DNA from: Alphaproteobacteria bacterium
Lineage (GTDB): Bacteria > Pseudomonadota > Alphaproteobacteria > RS24
Direction of reading: 5' to 3'
Length of the DNA stretch: 64,000 nucleotides
Assembly: GCA_965656255.1 (NCBI GenBank)
Contig: CBFHJI010000001.1
Span: 8,505-72,504, forward strand
The notes below the pieces were generated by a model. It did no database searches. It saw nothing but the letters and a program-made list of their open reading frames with translations, and was not told where the DNA came from. Positions 61,584-64,000 of this stretch are shown here, piece by piece. How positions within the stretch are numbered: position 1 is the stretch's first letter; every line of letters starts with the position of its first letter. A program made the translations under genes and the position numbers.

Positions 61584-62326
61584 GCCATATCACGTAAATC
61601 AAAGGAAACAAAAGAGCCGAGGGTTTTAAGTCCATCGACAGGGGCTGGGCCACTGAACAATGACACGGATCCATTTTGCGCGAGCCGTATTAAAGATTTT
61701 TCCTTGAGCGCCTGATCCACGTCAACCTGACCCTCTAAAAGATAGGTTATGTTAACGTTAGACGCATCATAGCCCTGCTCATCGGGCAATTCTCCAAAGC
61801 ATAAAAACCGATCAGCGCCAACAAGTGACAATCGGGCCACAAATCGTCCCGTCATAGGCCGCTTATTTTGCCAATCAGCATAATCATCAATGCTCACAAC
61901 GCCGACAGCTCCCGTAGCAATCGCGGTGCTGAGAACCTCAGCGGCGCTCGGCAGGCACTTATATGTCAGGGCCGAACCGAAATAAAGCTGCGCCGCACTT
62001 AGCCCTTCTTGCGTGGTTAAAATAACCATGCCACCTTGTTGTGCTATCGACGCACCAATAATTTCACGCCAAATGCTCAAAATGCTTATATCGGGATATG
62101 CAATACCCGCTTCACGGCACCAAGCCAGAATTCGAGCCATTTGGCTTGCTTCACGAAGCGGGCGCAGCGGGATCGTATCCACAGCATCGGCTTTAGCGCG
62201 CGCAACATCCTGCACAAGCGCGCTTCTTTGAACCAGAAGGTCAAAAATGCCTTGGTCAATCGCATCAATTTCTGCGCGAATGTCGCCAAGCTGGCTTAGC
62301 GTATGCGGTGGCGCTTGGCCTGTCAT
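61580..62326 (-). CDS. Chorismate mutase (type II CM domain) with additional ~150-aa C-terminal region
   Basis: N-terminal LGDIRAEIDAIDQGIFDLLVQRSALVQDVARAK is CM_2-like. First gene of the CM-hisC-tyrC overlapping operon. Confidence 0.7.
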   Translation of the reverse strand: MTGQAPPHTLSQLGDIRAEIDAIDQGIFDLLVQRSALVQDVARAKADAVDTIPLRPLREASQMARILAWCREAGIAYPDISILSIWREIIGASIAQQGGMVILTTQEGLSAAQLYFGSALTYKCLPSAAEVLSTAIATGAVGVVSIDDYADWQNKRPMTGRFVARLSLVGADRFLCFGELPDEQGYDASNVNITYLLEGQVDVDQALKEKSLIRLAQNGSVSLFSGPAPVDGLKTLGSFVSFDLRDMA

Positions 62327-62488
62327 TTGACCTCTCTTTCAGCCATTAGTTTTACGATTAGAAAAGCACTAAATCAAAGAAAACATTTCATAAAAAGAGA
62401 TAATTATGAATCGGAACACGATAATTGATCTATATTAAGCCTACGCATAATCATTGACCAGAGCATGTTGGAGCGTTAAACCGTGCAA

Positions 62489-63643
62489 ATGACGGAAGTA
62501 AGTTCGAATATAAACCAAACTCATGTTTTCAATGGCATAACACTCGCACTCGATGGTGGGGGCGCTTTGACAGCACCTCATATTGCCTATCGCACATATG
62601 GCACACTTAATGCAGCGCGCTCAAATGCCGTGCTTGTATGCCACGCCCTAACCGGCGACCAGCATGTCTTGGGACAAAACCCAATAACCCAAAAGATGGG
62701 GTGGTGGGAAACCATGGTGGGCCCAGATAAGCCTATCGATACCAATAAATATTTTGTCATTTGCCAAAACGTTATTGGCGGTTGCGCGGGATCGAGCGGT
62801 CCTGCCAGCATTAATGAAGACACAGGTCAACCTTATGGCCTTGAGTTCCCCGTACTTACGATTGGCGATATGGTGCGTGCGCAAAAGCTTCTCATTGATG
62901 AACTAGGTATTCCAGACCTGTTTTGTGTCATTGGCGGCTCTATGGGCGGCATGCAAACTCTGCAATGGGCAGCGGCTCATGGCGACCGCGTATTCAGCGC
63001 GATACCAATTGCCACCGCGGCGCGACATTCATCACAGAATATTGCTTTTCACGAAGTTGGACGACAAGCCATTATGGCGGACCCGAACTGGCGTGGTGGT
63101 GCCTATTATGACCAAGAGGAAAAGCCGAGCAAAGGGCTTGCGGTGGCGCGTATGGCAGCCCATGTCACCTATCTGTCAGAATCCGCCCTGCATAGAAAAT
63201 TCGGTCGCAACCTACAAGACCGTGATGCCCTAGGTTATGGATTCGATGCAGACTTCCAAATTGAGAGTTATTTGCGCCATCAGGGCATGAGCTTTGTCGA
63301 ACGCTTTGATGCAAACAGTTATCTCTATATTACGCGTGCTATGGATTACTTTGACATTGCCGCTGATCATGGCGGAAAATTAGCCGAAGCCTTTAAAGGC
63401 TCAACCTGCCGCTTTTGTGTTGTCTCCTTTAGCAGCGATTGGCTTTTCCCAACACATGAAAGCGTTAACATTGTGCGCGCCCTGAGTGCCGCGGGTGCCG
63501 ATGTCAGCTTCGTTGATATTGAGAGCGACAAAGGACATGATGCTTTCTTGTTGGATGAACCGGAAATGTTTAAAACCCTGCGCGGGTTCATCGACTCATG
63601 CGCTATTGCACGCGGTCTAACCGCAAGTGGAGACGCAACATGA
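62489..63643 (+). CDS. metX: Homoserine O-acetyltransferase
   Basis: Alpha/beta hydrolase with nucleophile elbow GGSMGGMQ and a MetX-like sequence. Followed by metW. Confidence 0.9.
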   Translation: MTEVSSNINQTHVFNGITLALDGGGALTAPHIAYRTYGTLNAARSNAVLVCHALTGDQHVLGQNPITQKMGWWETMVGPDKPIDTNKYFVICQNVIGGCAGSSGPASINEDTGQPYGLEFPVLTIGDMVRAQKLLIDELGIPDLFCVIGGSMGGMQTLQWAAAHGDRVFSAIPIATAARHSSQNIAFHEVGRQAIMADPNWRGGAYYDQEEKPSKGLAVARMAAHVTYLSESALHRKFGRNLQDRDALGYGFDADFQIESYLRHQGMSFVERFDANSYLYITRAMDYFDIAADHGGKLAEAFKGSTCRFCVVSFSSDWLFPTHESVNIVRALSAAGADVSFVDIESDKGHDAFLLDEPEMFKTLRGFIDSCAIARGLTASGDAT

Positions 63644-64000
63644 TCGATCACCGCGCCCATGCTGATGGCAATATTTCAAGCAATCGCCTCGACCTAAAAC
63701 TCATTGCAGATATGATCCCGAAAGGTAGCCGCGTGCTTGATATCGGTTGTGGGACAGGTGAGTTGCTAAACATACTCGTCCGTGATCGCAATGTCTCAGG
63801 TCATGGGCTTGAATTAAGCCAGTCGGGGGTGAATGCATGTGTGGCGCGTGGCCTCAGTGTGGTTCAGGGCGATGCCGATAAAGACCTTTCCTATTACCCA
63901 TCAAGCGGATTTGATTTTGTCATATTGAGCCAAACCTTACAGGCAACCCAACGTCCACAAGACGTGTTAGAAGAAATGGCACGTATTGGTAAAAAATTAA
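63640..64000 (+). CDS. metW: Methionine biosynthesis protein MetW (5' part, cut by window edge)
   Basis: Not in the ORF track. MIDHRAH...[11 protein letters not shown]...LSQTLQA matches MetW. ATGA overlap with metX. Confidence 0.85.
   Translation, partial: MIDHRAHADGNISSNRLDLKLIADMIPKGSRVLDIGCGTGELLNILVRDRNVSGHGLELSQSGVNACVARGLSVVQGDADKDLSYYPSSGFDFVILSQTLQATQRPQDVLEEMARIGKKL

Noticed and set aside
62327-62488. ~160-nt leader of metX examined for a SAM-II or SAM-V riboswitch, and a 10-codon uORF (ATG 62406, MNRNTIIDLY).
   Set aside because: I could not find the expected pseudoknot partners (an AAAGCU-type 3' strand pairing with a GCUUU-type loop) or any convincing helix. The uORF has no Met codons or other attenuation logic. 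A covariance-model scan (Rfam RF00521 and SAM-V) would settle this.

Overview
This is a densely coding 64 kb chromosomal segment: about 68 CDS, 2 tRNAs and very little non-coding DNA. Gene content and synteny point to an alphaproteobacterium of moderate GC. The supporting gene neighbourhoods are lysC/ubiG, bolA-J domain-cobS-cobT-rpmB, helicase-S4-fdxA-carD-rpoH, tlpA/argH-lysA, CM-hisC-tyrC and metX-metW. A marine Rhodospirillales or SAR116-like lineage is only my guess. Nearly everything is core housekeeping: isoprenoid, amino-acid, aromatic and ubiquinone biosynthesis, SecA, AccA, XerD, FtsEX, ETF and beta-oxidation. I found no transposases, prophage genes, CRISPR arrays, obvious defence islands or large repeats, so I cannot honestly point to a clear-cut novel multi-gene system. 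The best leads are listed below. (1) A CarD/CdnL regulator appears to carry a ~212-residue Lys/Ala/Pro-rich, histone-H1-like N-terminal extension. (2) An uncharacterised 707-aa exported protein is translationally coupled to xerD and preceded by an unannotated 44-codon membrane ORF. (3) An NDUFAF5-like methyltransferase-fold protein lacks a recognisable SAM motif I. (4) A bolA/J-domain/cobS/cobT module has no cobN in the window. (5) A Coq4 homologue is coupled to an ArsC-family gene. Several real features are absent from the ORF track: ispG and metW (both cut at the window edges), two tRNAs, and two small ORFs. All functional calls come from motif recognition by eye and from memory of protein families. 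No database search was run.
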